A stretch of DNA of 64,000 bases, taken from Blepharisma stoltei ATCC 30299. Lineage: Eukaryota; Protista; Ciliophora. The position numbers were made by a program, and so were the translations under genes. Below are positions 11,312 to 22,893 of the stretch, one piece after another (position 1 is the first letter of the stretch; every line of letters starts with the position of its first letter). The stretch covers positions 372,001 through 436,000 of the forward strand of contig CBFDEM010000063.1 of assembly GCA_965603825.1 (NCBI GenBank), in the 5' to 3' direction. The notes under the pieces are model-generated. The model made no database searches, was not told the DNA's origin, and saw nothing but the letters and a program-made list of their open reading frames with translations.

Positions 11312-12286
11312 TTAATTAAATACATTTTCTGTCGTCCTCTCCGTATTATGCGAAAAGGTCGGTGACAAAACAGTATGCAGCTTCGATATATCAATTTCTT
11401 CACCCCCAGCATACTGTTCTTCAGTAATGATTTCCGGGAAAGATTTCTTTTCATGAAGTGGAGTTTTCGGGGGTTCAGTATAATTATAAGAAATCTCATG
11501 ATCCCCAATATTAACCGTCGTATCCTTCGCATCCCCTACTTGTGTCAATTTTTGCTTTTTATTCCTCCTGCTCAATATATACTCAAATGTCGTCATTCCT
11601 TTCATTTTTAATCACACATGGAGGGCTAATAAATGCGCTGTCAGGAATGCAATTATCGCAGCTTCAATTGTCACAATAAACGTCAGTATCAAAAAGCTTT
11701 TAGGGTTTATGCTGCTACTAATATCACTAACTTTATCTACATATTCATCATAATTTACATAATATTCGCACAGCTGTGTAAGTCCAAATGCTGTGATAGT
11801 AAGCATATTTATTTCAAGGATAGCAATTAGCTGGGTGAATAAATGATAATTCTTTTGGCCGATACAATTGTTAAGCCACTTGCAGTGATGGTCGAAATTA
11901 TCGACACATCGGTTACATTGGCCACAGTGTTTCGCTTTTAAACTGACATTGCAATTGCAGATCGTGCAAAAGGCTTGGTAGCTTACTGCTTCAGGTCTTT
12001 CACCGCGTTTTACTTTTTCTCGGTAAGAAAGTAATAAAGGATCTGTGGGATCACAAATAGTTGCTCGATAGGCGTAGATTATTGAAATGATTTGAGTAGT
12101 GGAATAGAGGATTGTGTATATGATCTAGGTGGATTTTACTTTTGATGGTAAATTCATTGTGGGGATTAGAATTAGGCTGCTGATAATGATGTTGAAGAGG
12201 TTTACAATTCAGCTTAGAACTTGATAAATATTTATTGGTGCATTAAGTCCGTGATTTCTAGTTGGTTTAATTCGAATGACTTTCAT
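11312..12286 (-). CDS. DHHC palmitoyltransferase, ZDHHC1/11-like (intron 12125-12139)
   Basis: RNHGLNAP...QVLSW, DP, FDHHCKWLNNCIG and GMTTFEYI motifs; TGA=Trp. Confidence 0.9.
12125..12139 (-). other. 15-nt spliceosomal intron
   Basis: GTAAAATCCACCTAG; contains in-frame TAG. Confidence 0.9.
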
Positions 12287-12532
12287 TTTTATAATTTTCC
12301 TTTAATTTGAATAAATATATTTATTGAGAACTTGTATTCTTTAGAAAATGCTTAATTGAGGTCTTTTGAGCTTGTTAAATTTCTAATTTTAATAATAAAA
12401 ATTTTAACGTAAAACTAATTAAATTTTCCATGAATATTTAATTAATTCCTTTTTAGCGCAGATAAAAGCTAAAATTATTAAGTATGCCTATAGGTATCCA
12501 TATTACCCTTAATTGCGATTTATCTATAAAAA

Positions 12533-13516
12533 ATGGATGAGCTCTTCGACTTTTTCTATGAGATAGATTCCTTAAATTCAATAGAATCAGCTATTACTAT
12601 ACCCCAAGCTTATGTTTTAGGATTTTCCAGAGCTCTTTATCATCAAGATCTTCTTTGAACCTTAAATTTTTTTAAAAAATTAAATGACTTTAAAGCGAAT
12701 GAGCATCTTAGAGAGCGGGCTGAATGATTCATCCTATACAAGCTTTACGAAGGTCTTTATGCAGAGGCAGAATCACTATTATCTCAATTAAGTCAGCCTA
12801 AAAGCTCTAAAGCTGTCCGCCGTTTGATAAGTGAAAATGACAAGCCATATTACAAAGAAATAAGGAGCTATTTAAAATCCATATCTTCCAAAAAGCTGCC
12901 CGAGGTTGAACATATCAGCTGCCCTATATGTCTAGATGACATTGAAGATCCTAATTCTAAACCTCTTGTGCAATGCCAGCATATTTTTCATGACCACTGT
13001 ATATCCAGATATATCACAAATAAAGTAGATTCTAGGCAATTCCCTATTCTCTGCCCTCTAGAATTATGCAAAGCTGAAATTGATGCAAGTGATATAAAAA
13101 CGAGGCTTGAACAATACATATTTCAACAATTTGAGGACTATTCGTTTAAAAATCATGTTGAAACTCATGGGAGCGAATATTCATGCTGCCCAACTGCTGA
13201 TTGTCCTTATATATTTATACCAAACTGCGCAAAAAGGTTTAAATGCCCTGTATGCAAAAAGAAGTATTGTTTAGAATGCAGGTCGATATATCATAGAAAA
13301 TTGAACTGTGAAGAATTTAGAGCTGCAAATGGGGATATTAGAGATGCTGAATTTTTAAAATTTGTGAAAGGGGCGATGTATAAGCAATGCATTTTATGCC
13401 AATTTTGGGTTGAAAGGACAAAAGGCTGCAACCATATGACATGCAGATGTGGATATGAGTTTTGTTATAAGTGTGGAGCAAAGTATAAGGAGTGTAGGTG
13501 CGGGATATGATCTTAA
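12533..13516 (+). CDS. RBR (RING-IBR-RING) E3 ubiquitin ligase
   Basis: RING1 CPIC...CQHIFHDHC, IBR CCPTADC...CPVC...CLEC...H...C, RING2 ERTKGCNHMTCRCGYEFCYKC. The frame extends upstream to ATG 12533 with TGA=Trp and ends TGA-TCT-TAA. Confidence 0.9.
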
Positions 13517-13792
13517 TTTGCCAAGTAATTTAGCTAGATTTCAAATTCTATATAATTCCAGTTTATATGATTATTAGTATCACTTGTTTGATAGTTATGA
13601 GGTTTCCTAAAATTTCAAAATATTTATACGATCTTCATGTTAAAGTTAAGTAACTCGCTTTCATAAGGAAAATTGCACTCAGTTTCAAACTTTTTTACTG
13701 AAATCTTTAATTCACTTATGCGCATTGCAAATAGTCTTTTATCATTTATTAAAAGGAGTAATTATTAAGTAGAAATAAGAATTAATTATAAA

Positions 13793-16700
13793 ATGCCTGA
13801 AAAAATTCGAAAGCGAATTGCGAGGTCCAGAACTCCCAACTCACTAAAAATTAAGGTAAAATCTAATCAGAAATCACCCAAAAAGTCTCCTCGTCCAACG
13901 ACTCCTGGATATGAATCTCAAAGAGACGGATCTCGTGCTAGACGAATCTATCAAGTTTCTCCTATTAAGCAGCAAAATTCTGAAATTCTCCACATAAAAA
14001 GATCAAAATCTCGCCCAAGCTCAGGCGTATTAAAATTCCCCAAAAAGCATCTCGAAACTGAAGAAAATGACCTATTTAACAGCATAAGAAATGATTTAGA
14101 AGCAGAGTGAAATTTCAAAAATATCCCAGAATCCCTCAGATCTTTATACAGAGAATGTGTATTTGGTTTGCCGACTCACAAAAGCATCACATTAATGTCA
14201 AGAGAATTAAACGACCTCATAAGCAACAAGGCAACTGTGCAATTTGCAATAAAATCAGTAGAAGAAAGAGAAAAAAATATTTGGCATATCAAAGATTTAA
14301 TCTACGAATTTAACAAGTCCAGTGAAGAAGAAAGAATGGGAGCTTTAATGAATTTTTCAGAAATTTTACAAAATTATAGAGTGCTGAGCTTAAGTGCTAT
14401 AGAAAGCATAATTATTTGAAGGGATCAGCTAGCTTATGCACAGATAGTCAGCAATTTGAATATTAGAAATGTGAGGAGAATTCCTTTTATTTGAAATGGA
14501 GAAAATTATATTGTAAGGATGAAAAGTGATATGGATTTTTTAGGCAAAACTGAGCTTGCCAAGTATTTTTATTTTTCAGATCAAAGTGACCCGTTTTTGA
14601 TTTGCCCTTCAGATGTGAAGTGGGATATGTCAGAAAAAATTAATGAATTAAGTAGCTATTTTGCTAAAAAAACAACAAAAATGCTGATACCGCTTCCTGA
14701 AATTTTGATGAATAGAGTTAAGCTTGCAGAAATTATCATAAATGAAGAATTAATCAAAGAAAATGAAGTAATTTCCCATTATGTATTTAGGAGATGGAAT
14801 ACTAGGTCTATGGCTAATCCTGAATATTTTAAAATAAAAATGGAAGATGAAACAAATTCAAAAATAAGCGAAGAATTGACTGCAGAATTAATTCAAAATT
14901 TCATTGGGGAAATTTTGCCTCAAATGATTACTGCTGAAAGCAAAATGCAACAAGATGCACTGTGCTTTGATGAAATTTCAATTAATCTTTTGGAGTCAAT
15001 ATGCAATGAATTTAGCTTAAAAATAGCAAAAAAATCTTATGAGAAACAAATTTATCCAGTTATTTCAGAACAAATTTTCAATGATCTGCTAATGAAATTT
15101 GATTATAAACTAGCTAAAATATCAAAAAATTTAATAAAAGAAGAAATTAAAGATAAAAAAAGAAATGAAGCAAAAAGAATTAAAAAAATGAAAACACTTG
15201 ATAATGATTTAGCTGTTAAAATCGCAAATCAAATATTTTGGGATTGCGTCAAAAAATCATTTAATTTAGCTAAGCTCGCTGAAAATATTTTACTAGGTGA
15301 GCTTAAAAAAGCAGAAGAAAAAAATGATAAAATAAACAAAGAGATTGCAGAAATAATAACAAAAGAGCTAATAAGCCAGTTTATTGAAGACCAAAGGATC
15401 GACAAATTTGCAAAGGAAATTAAAAATGAAATGATATCTACTGAGAACCAAATTATAGATATCATTTCCAACGATATCTCAGAAAGACTTATAATGGAAT
15501 ATCTTTCTAATTATTGCCGAAACCACTTAATGAATATTTTTAAGGTTTTATTGATTAAAATTCACACAAACGAGTTTCTTGAAAATATCACAAGTGAAAT
15601 GATCCTTTCTATAGCTAAAAATTCCCTTAATGAGGAAGCTAGAATATTTAATGAAAATAAAATGATTACAGAGTTTATTTACGAAGAAATTATTTCAAAT
15701 TTAGCAAACCCTCATAAACTATCTCTTATTTGTGTCGAGATTTTATCAGTCGAAAAATTTTATTACATGACATCAAAAATGATTTTTGAGTCATTTATTT
15801 TAGAAATTATTTCAGATGAATGGCTTCAAGAATTTGCAGACAGCGAAATTGAAAATTTCGCTCAACTTGAAGCACCAAAATCACCTACATATAATACACC
15901 TTCTACAGATGAAACAGTTTCGCAGAGTTATCTCAGTTTTGCAAATGAAGAAGCTTTTGAGTACTTAGCAAACGTTGAATTTAAGCCAGTAGAAACACCT
16001 GAAAATCTTATACAAACTGCTATGAATGAATATTATAAATACTTGCCTTCAATTATTAAAGAAAATATCCCATCTGCAGCTGCTTTGGTTGAAAAATCAA
16101 AAGCAGGGATAAATACAAGCTGATATTGAATAAAAAAGAGGAAAAAAATTATAGGCTTATTGGTATTTTCAATTGAACCTAATTCATTATTTTCGAAAAA
16201 AGTGATAATTCTGCATATTTCCTGCATTCATTTTTCTTCTTTTAATTTAATACTGGAGCATGCTTTGAATTTAATATGAAATCGTGAAGACTGTGACGAA
16301 ATTCGGCTTTATTTTGTAAATGAAAGGCCAAGGCAAATTAAAGATATGCCCAAAGAGTTGAAGTCTTTATTTTTTGATTTTAAATTTAGGTGAAAAACAG
16401 AGATTGATGAAGAAATTGGGACTGAGTCCTATTTAGGAATTTTGCGGCAAAGTGATAGACCAAAGAATTCTGATGAAAGGCCCCAGGAAAATGCAATAAT
16501 AAACTCAGTATGCAGCTTATCTTTTGAAGATGATCCTATTCCTTACAATTCTCGAAAATGCAGAGAAGTTTTGATATTTGGTAATCGAATTTGTTTAATC
16601 CATGCTCTTTTATCTCTTTTCTTCAGAACCCAGAATCCTAAGAAGCTCTCATTAATCCAAATTCCTTTACAAAATGAGCTATCAAATCTTCTTGGTTATA

Positions 16701-17443
16701 TGAATACTGTTGAATATGAATTTAAATACCTAAGGAACATAGTATCCAAAAAACCAGAAGATGTTTTAGACTATATAAAAGACCAAGGCTATGATAGCGT
16801 TTTACCTGAAAATGGGCTGAACTCTTTATCCTTATTAAATCTTTCTTTTAATTGGACATCATATAATCATTTTTCTCACAAGGTAGGGAGCGAATATTTT
16901 GATTATTTTCAATTTAAAAACAACCTTAAGATAATTTCTACAGAATCCGCCAAAATTTTTATAATTCCGACCTCACTTCCTGATATATTTACTTTTATTA
17001 TTAAATCTGAAAATCTAGCAGCTCAAGTAAAGCAAGGATATTGGCCTGATGACCTTGACTTATTCACTAAAGTAGAAGATATTTTTAAAGAAATTAATGC
17101 ACTGCCAAGTGAATTAGCTGAGCTTTGGCTTCCAAGTTTCAAAAAATACTGCAAATGGGAGATCCCATGGGTTGAAGGCTATAAAATCACTCATCAAGGC
17201 ATGAGTGAAGAGAAATACGTAAAAAGATGTCACGAGCAGATCTCAGTTGAAATAAGCTCAGCTGAGTTCTCAGACGGCATATTGAAATCAGAAATCAAAG
17301 AGGAATTTATTTTATTTTCTGATTTTGTTTTTGGGTTAGTCTTAACAAATCTCGACTCAGAAGAAATAAACCCAATCCCACTATTTGTTACATATGTACA
17401 AGAAGATGACTTGATTCATTCTGTAAATTCTCAAGAATCATAA
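13793..17443 (+). CDS. Large 1216-aa protein: basic N-terminus, helical middle, putative GNAT-like and serpin-like C-terminal modules
   Basis: ORFs starting at 13793, 14168, 14519 and 16442 share one frame and are separated only by TGA. Domain calls are by-eye inference. Confidence 0.8.
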
Positions 17444-17522
17444 TTTTCGTAATAAATTTTAATAGAAGTCTGCAAAATTAAATTATTGAGATTGATAAGA
17501 AATTAGGGAATAAATTGAATAA

Positions 17523-17795
17523 ATGTTAGAAGAAAGACATCGAGAGCAAGCTGAGTATGTGACGCTTAAAGTAAGATCTCAAAATGGGAATGAAATGTTT
17601 TTTAAAATAAAAAGATTGGCTCATTTGAGAAAACTTATAGAGGTTTACTGTGCAAAAGCTGGAATAATCATAACTACCACTAGATTTCTTTTTCAAGGAG
17701 AGCGAATAATGGGCAGACACACAGCTGAACTACTAGGATTAGAAAACGGAGATGAAATCATTGCAGTTTCTGAGCAAATAGGAGGGTGTTATTAA
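17523..17795 (+). CDS. SUMO: SUMO-family ubiquitin-like modifier (divergent)
   Basis: VTLKVRSQNGNEMFFKIK, RFLFQGERI, LENGDEI and C-terminal EQIGG-CY. Confidence 0.88.
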   Translation: MLEERHREQAEYVTLKVRSQNGNEMFFKIKRLAHLRKLIEVYCAKAGIIITTTRFLFQGERIMGRHTAELLGLENGDEIIAVSEQIGGCY

Positions 17796-17845
17796 TTATT
17801 AAAAAATTTACTTCTAAATCACCTTATTCAAGCATCACCAATTAG

Positions 17846-18913
17846 TTAGCTTGTTTGACTAAAATTGACAGTACTAAATACATTGCATACTTTAAGAAAA
17901 GCTTCTCCTGCTAAAGGATGCTTGTTCTTATCAGGATGCAATAATTTAGCAAGCTGTCTATATGCGCTGTTTACATTCCCTTCGCCCAAATTCTTCGAAA
18001 AGTACTTTGCATATACATAATTTTCTGGAGCACACAAAATTTTGTATATAGCGAGTGCTTGCTCATAACTGCAATCTCCTGAGTGGGAACTCATAAACAT
18101 TTCAGTCATGATCCTTGCGTCATTTTCTATTTGTTCTTCCATTACTAACGACTTAGCATGCTCCATGTCCAAATTTCTTTCCATTTGTTGTCTTGCTTCT
18201 TTAAACAGTTCTTCTTGCAATTTGGCTTGCTCTTCTTCGATTTTCTGCTGTTCTAGCAGTCTCTGCTGCTTTTTGCTGGTCCTGCTTGTGCAGTTGCATT
18301 GCTGGCATCACTTCTGGCTTAAATACTTAGAGTAATCAGCTCTCCATTGGTGTCCTTGGGCACATCTAAATTCCAGCATCAAGTCCATTTCTTCATTTAA
18401 GCACTCTCCTCCATTGGACTCAGCAAAAAGTTTGGCTTTTTCTAGACTTTTAGTACATTCTCAGCATCATTGTCCACTCAATAAAACCTCTGCGGATTCT
18501 CAAACATGTCCCATCCGGCATCGATAGACAAGGCTGAAATGGGGGTTTTCACAAGTAGAAGAGAGGCAAACACCTCCATGCTGTCAGGCGATTTCTTTGG
18601 CTTGCTCTCAGTAGTCGTCTTCTTCCATAGCCATCTCTTCGCATACGGTTCCTGGTCTGAAGTAATATTCGGAATTTTTTGAAAGGACAAAGGGGGAAGT
18701 TGGCTGATCTTGGCTGCGGCTGTGCTTGCGGAGTTCTGGAGGCTTGGCGAAGTAATAATCTTGGTTTTTTAAGCAAAAGGTCGACAGCTCTTCACTTGAT
18801 GAATTCGAGTCAGCTCGAGGTCTAAAGTCCTGGCTGTTTTTCCTCGATCGACAGTTTGAAAGATTCGGGGTAAAACGCCTGGATGTGGCAGGGTCTGAAG
18901 GCTGAGAAGTCAT
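17846..18913 (-). CDS. Two zinc-ribbon repeats, coiled coil and C-terminal DnaJ J-domain (start uncertain; frame open to 19012)
   Basis: With TGA=Trp: GGVCLS...CRMGHVW...WCWEC and GGECLN...CAQGHQW...WCQQC, then AYRQLAKLLHPDKN. Confidence 0.82.
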
Positions 18914-19492
18914 TTCTGACTTTAAAGACAACGGACCGGAAGAAGCCGGCGGAACAAAAAAGAACTCATATTCATTATAATTCAACCATTTTCTAAGAAA
19001 GTCGTTTGGAAATTATGTCAACTCTGTGTAACCTGAAAATAAAAATTGCATAGTGCCCTAAATCTTGCATAATATCAAAATTTTCAATTATAGCTATAAA
19101 TGTAGCGTATTTATGCGTTTGAGCAAAGCTATGCTATGTATCAAATTCTCAGAAGCTCTGATTCTTTATTTTTCAAGAAATTTTAAATTTTACCTTCATA
19201 AAAATAAAATTAGCTTAGTTCTGGTGATGGTGACATTTTTATTAGAATTTAATTTGGAGTAATTCTAATGAATTTTGATATGCATTATAAAAAATTCAAA
19301 ATCAAGTTTGATTGCCCTTAAGAAAAAAAGCGTTTCAAATACCCTAAAGTCAAGGTATATTGACAAAATAGTTTTCTTTTTAATAAATTTAAATTCCCTT
19401 TTTATTATATGTATAATAAATAAAATAAAATCAAGATTTTCGATTATTTAAATATTTATGAACAAAATATTGATAAAATGTTAACATAAATG

Positions 19493-21256
19493 TTACTTTT
19501 TAGTTACTTTATCCCTAAAATGATGCAATTTTCCTCGGGAAAAATTCATCTCTTTCAACTTCTGTAAATATTGACTATGCTTATTGCTCCGAACTTTTAC
19601 TTTTAAAAAATATTTTGCGTCAGGAAAAAGCTGACTTGTAAGAATATCATGGTCAAACATCTCAGCTTTTACTGTCTCTAAAGGAGCTTTTTTTCTCAAT
19701 TCTTGGCTTTGAGATTGAGCTCTTTGGCGGGAAATTGTCCTTGATATATCATCAGCCCTTTTCAATTTTGCTGTTTTTTCCCCATACTTTATTTCAAACA
19801 GTGTATTATCCATATCATTCAATAAATCATTTATATTATCTTTCTGCGAGCTTGAAAGATAAAGTACACTTCTACGAGGAGAATTTAGCTTACTTGACGT
19901 GATGCTGTTTTTTTTGCTTAGAAAACTCAACGGAAATGGATTAGTTATATTTACTAACGGAATTTTTGGTTCAAAATCCGGTGTTTTTTTCTTATTGCAG
20001 TCAAATAGCGTGTATACCTCATAGCACCTATCGCACACCCTGACACTATCATAGTAGTGAAAAGGAGTTTTCATTGCACACTCATGCAGATTTTCTTGCT
20101 CATTATCTAAGGAATTATTAACACAATTAATAAATTGGCCTATATCCACTTCCACGAGATCTTTTTTCTTATCAATTATAATTTTCTTCCCTAAAAGTAT
20201 AAGTTTATATGGTATCAGTTTTCTAATAATTTTGTCTTTATTTCTTGATTTCTGCTCCATTAAATTGTCTACCCTTAAGGTATATTTCACTTTTTCAATG
20301 TCTTTTTCTTTTCCACTAAAGTAAGTATTCCTTACTTTTTGAAGCTAAATATAACTTACTAAGTCGTCGTAGTCGATTTCTTGTTTGCTTGAAAGAGTTT
20401 GGGAGGTTACAATAAAATTACAAAAATCTCCTGGGCATTTTTTGTGGGTGTTAGGTTTTTGGCCAATTGATGCTGTGCCACTTCTTTTATTTCATGACTG
20501 AGTGGTGTCCATAAATGAAGACCTTGTTACTGAGTTTTCTTGAAGCCGCCCTTGAGACTGTGCACGTTTTATTGGAAAAATTGATTTTGGGACTAGAAAA
20601 TTTGCAGTTTTACAAATTCTGCTTCCCATAAGCCACAAATTATTATTTAAATCTTCAAAGAAGATTAACTGCAGCTCTTCTATGCATCTTCTGCTATTTT
20701 TTTCTATAACCCTTAAAGCGGTTTCTGTGATTTCAGTTAATTTATCAATATAATTTTGAGCATAAACTTTCGTTTTTTCCTGGATTTCCCGCTTTATGTA
20801 CTCTTTGCTGCAGTTGTAGATGTATTTTCCTTCAGATTTTTTGAAATTTACTATATACCGAGAGTATATATGCTCAGGGCCTGCTGTAAAAGCTTGCATG
20901 GCTTCATTATTAAGTAGACTTTGAGCCATTAGTTGGGCAAAACTCATTTTCTTGTCGAGAAGCTTAAATGTGTTGTCACGGATGTAAATTACTCCAGGGT
21001 CTTCAGGGTTCATAATTTCGTTATCAGACCCTGAGCTGGTCATTGTGTGATTGAGGAAGGCTAAAAAAATTTTGTCGAGCTTGACATTTTCTGAATGCTT
21101 TTTCTTAATGTAGCCTTTACGGTCTGTGAATAGTCATTTATAGTTGGTGGGGGACTCAGAATCGAATAATAAGGTATCAGCTAAAGGAATTTTGGCATTG
21201 AATAGTGAACTTTCTTTTCATAGCTGGTTAAGAAACCATACACAGTTAAACTCCAT
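19493..21256 (-). CDS. Uncharacterised 582-aa protein with IPLADT...WLFT N-terminal domain and CPGDFC/VCDRCY Cys motifs (intron 20345-20359)
   Basis: One frame after TGA=Trp and removal of a stop-containing 15-nt intron. Confidence 0.78.
20345..20359 (-). other. 15-nt spliceosomal intron
   Basis: GTAAGTTATATTTAG; contains in-frame TAG. Confidence 0.9.
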
Positions 21257-21494
21257 AATATTTAAAGCGATTTGATTCAAATAAGCTATTATTCCTGGAT
21301 TTAAATATATAGGAGGCTATAGGATTGCTATGAATTTCTAGTTTCATTTATTTTACGCAAAAATTCATATATATTTTTTCAATTTAAAAAAATATTAGAA
21401 TATGATAAAATTTCTCAGATTTAGTGAGTGAAAACAAAAATAAGATAATAATTCTCTATTAAGCAATGATATAATAAAAATTATATTAAATAAA

Positions 21495-22310
21495 ATGAGC
21501 AGTGATATCCAAATACCTATAAAATTTAATGATTCTGATTTTCGAGAGGTTCAAATTCAAGATCAATCAGAAAACCCTAGATCTCCCTTTATATTAATTC
21601 CAGCAGGATCAAGACCTGGTGGCTTTCAGCCAATACCTTTATCTCAGCTTAATTCTGTCCCACCACTAGTATCCCCATTAGACCCGAAAGATATAAAATA
21701 CAAAAATGTACTCAAATCTTCCAAAAAAGTGCGCTATATCTCTATTCTTGATATGGTTTACTGTCTCTCTTATATAATAATCGGCGAATTCATCCTAGTA
21801 TTTCTTGTTATTTTTGGGCTTTTAGGATTTTTTTCTTCATATAAACTCCATAGAAGCTTATCAATGTCATATATAATAACTCTTATGTTTGTTATGATTT
21901 TGAAATTATTAATAGCAGCAGATGAAAATGAGTTAGGTTTTGCGGGCTTAATGATCTTATATTTTATATTAGAAGGAATTTCTTTATATTTTTCTATCAA
22001 ATTTTTTAAAATTTTGGGAACTCTGGAGCCAAAAGAAAGGCTGGAGCTGTTAGCCTTACAGAATGGGCCAAATCGATCAAATAGAGGGTTAGCAAGGTCA
22101 GAAACTGCAAGACCTATTCAAATTCCTGCAGGCCCTCCCGCGAATGAATCAGTGCAAGATAACAGTTCTCAGCTGGGTGCTGATTTTGAGGCCCCAGGTC
22201 TCAAAAATTTGCAGCCAATTCAAGAATTCCCAAGTATAGTACATTATTCAGAAGGTGAAGGAACTGAACAGCATGATAGGCCCCTGAATCCAAGCGATAG
22301 ATTAGAATAA
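21495..22310 (+). CDS. Multi-pass (about 4 TM) membrane protein of unknown function
   Basis: Central hydrophobic block flanked by Pro/Gln-rich tails. Confidence 0.75.
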   Translation: MSSDIQIPIKFNDSDFREVQIQDQSENPRSPFILIPAGSRPGGFQPIPLSQLNSVPPLVSPLDPKDIKYKNVLKSSKKVRYISILDMVYCLSYIIIGEFILVFLVIFGLLGFFSSYKLHRSLSMSYIITLMFVMILKLLIAADENELGFAGLMILYFILEGISLYFSIKFFKILGTLEPKERLELLALQNGPNRSNRGLARSETARPIQIPAGPPANESVQDNSSQLGADFEAPGLKNLQPIQEFPSIVHYSEGEGTEQHDRPLNPSDRLE

Positions 22311-22341
22311 TTATATAATTTATTTTTATTTATACAAAAAT

Positions 22342-22857
22342 ATGTTATCCTTAAATTTGCCAGAGATTTCAGATGAACAGCTGCAAAAAGGAGTGAAGAA
22401 CTTGAAACAAATGAACTCTTCTGATATACAAAGAATGGCAACTGCTTTAAAAACGATGGACCCAAGAATTGTTGAGGATATATTTAAAAGCCAAGGAGTA
22501 ATGATGAGCGCAGACGATATTATGAAAATGAGTGAAGCACTTACTCCAGACAATATAAAACTTATGACTAAGTCAATTGAAGAACAAAAATCACGAGACA
22601 AAGGTGAGAAAAAAGAAAAAGCTGAACCAATTCAGAAAAATTCCATAAATAATCCTAAAAATAGCAGGCTGTTAAGGGAAGAGCTGGGAAGGTCCAAAGA
22701 AGAAATAGACTCAGTGCTAAGCTTGATGGACAGAATTCTAGAACTTTTCAACATCTTTAAACGCTTTTTCAACATTTTTACAGTTGGGAATAGAAAATAC
22801 ATAACAGGCGCCTTCTTTGTAGGGCTAATATCTATTTATGCTACCTCATTTTACTAA
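22342..22857 (+). CDS. Tail-anchored protein with Met-rich, STI1-like helical repeats
   Basis: MNSSDIQRM / MSADDIMKM / LTPDNIKLM repeats and a C-terminal hydrophobic segment. The STI1 likeness is inference. Confidence 0.65.
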   Translation: MLSLNLPEISDEQLQKGVKNLKQMNSSDIQRMATALKTMDPRIVEDIFKSQGVMMSADDIMKMSEALTPDNIKLMTKSIEEQKSRDKGEKKEKAEPIQKNSINNPKNSRLLREELGRSKEEIDSVLSLMDRILELFNIFKRFFNIFTVGNRKYITGAFFVGLISIYATSFY

Positions 22858-22893
22858 ATTTCATTAAATTCATATAAAAAATTCTTGAAAATC

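Noticed and set aside
18965-18986. Possible 22-nt intron (GTTGAATTATAATGAATATGAG) joining ATG 18989 in frame to the J-domain gene
   Set aside because: Length and GTT donor do not match the 15-nt GTA pattern of all other introns here; left unresolved without RNA data.
19065-19262. AT-rich ORFs at 19065, 40074 and 51020
   Set aside because: They have intergenic composition, F/I/L/Y/K-biased translations and no motifs.
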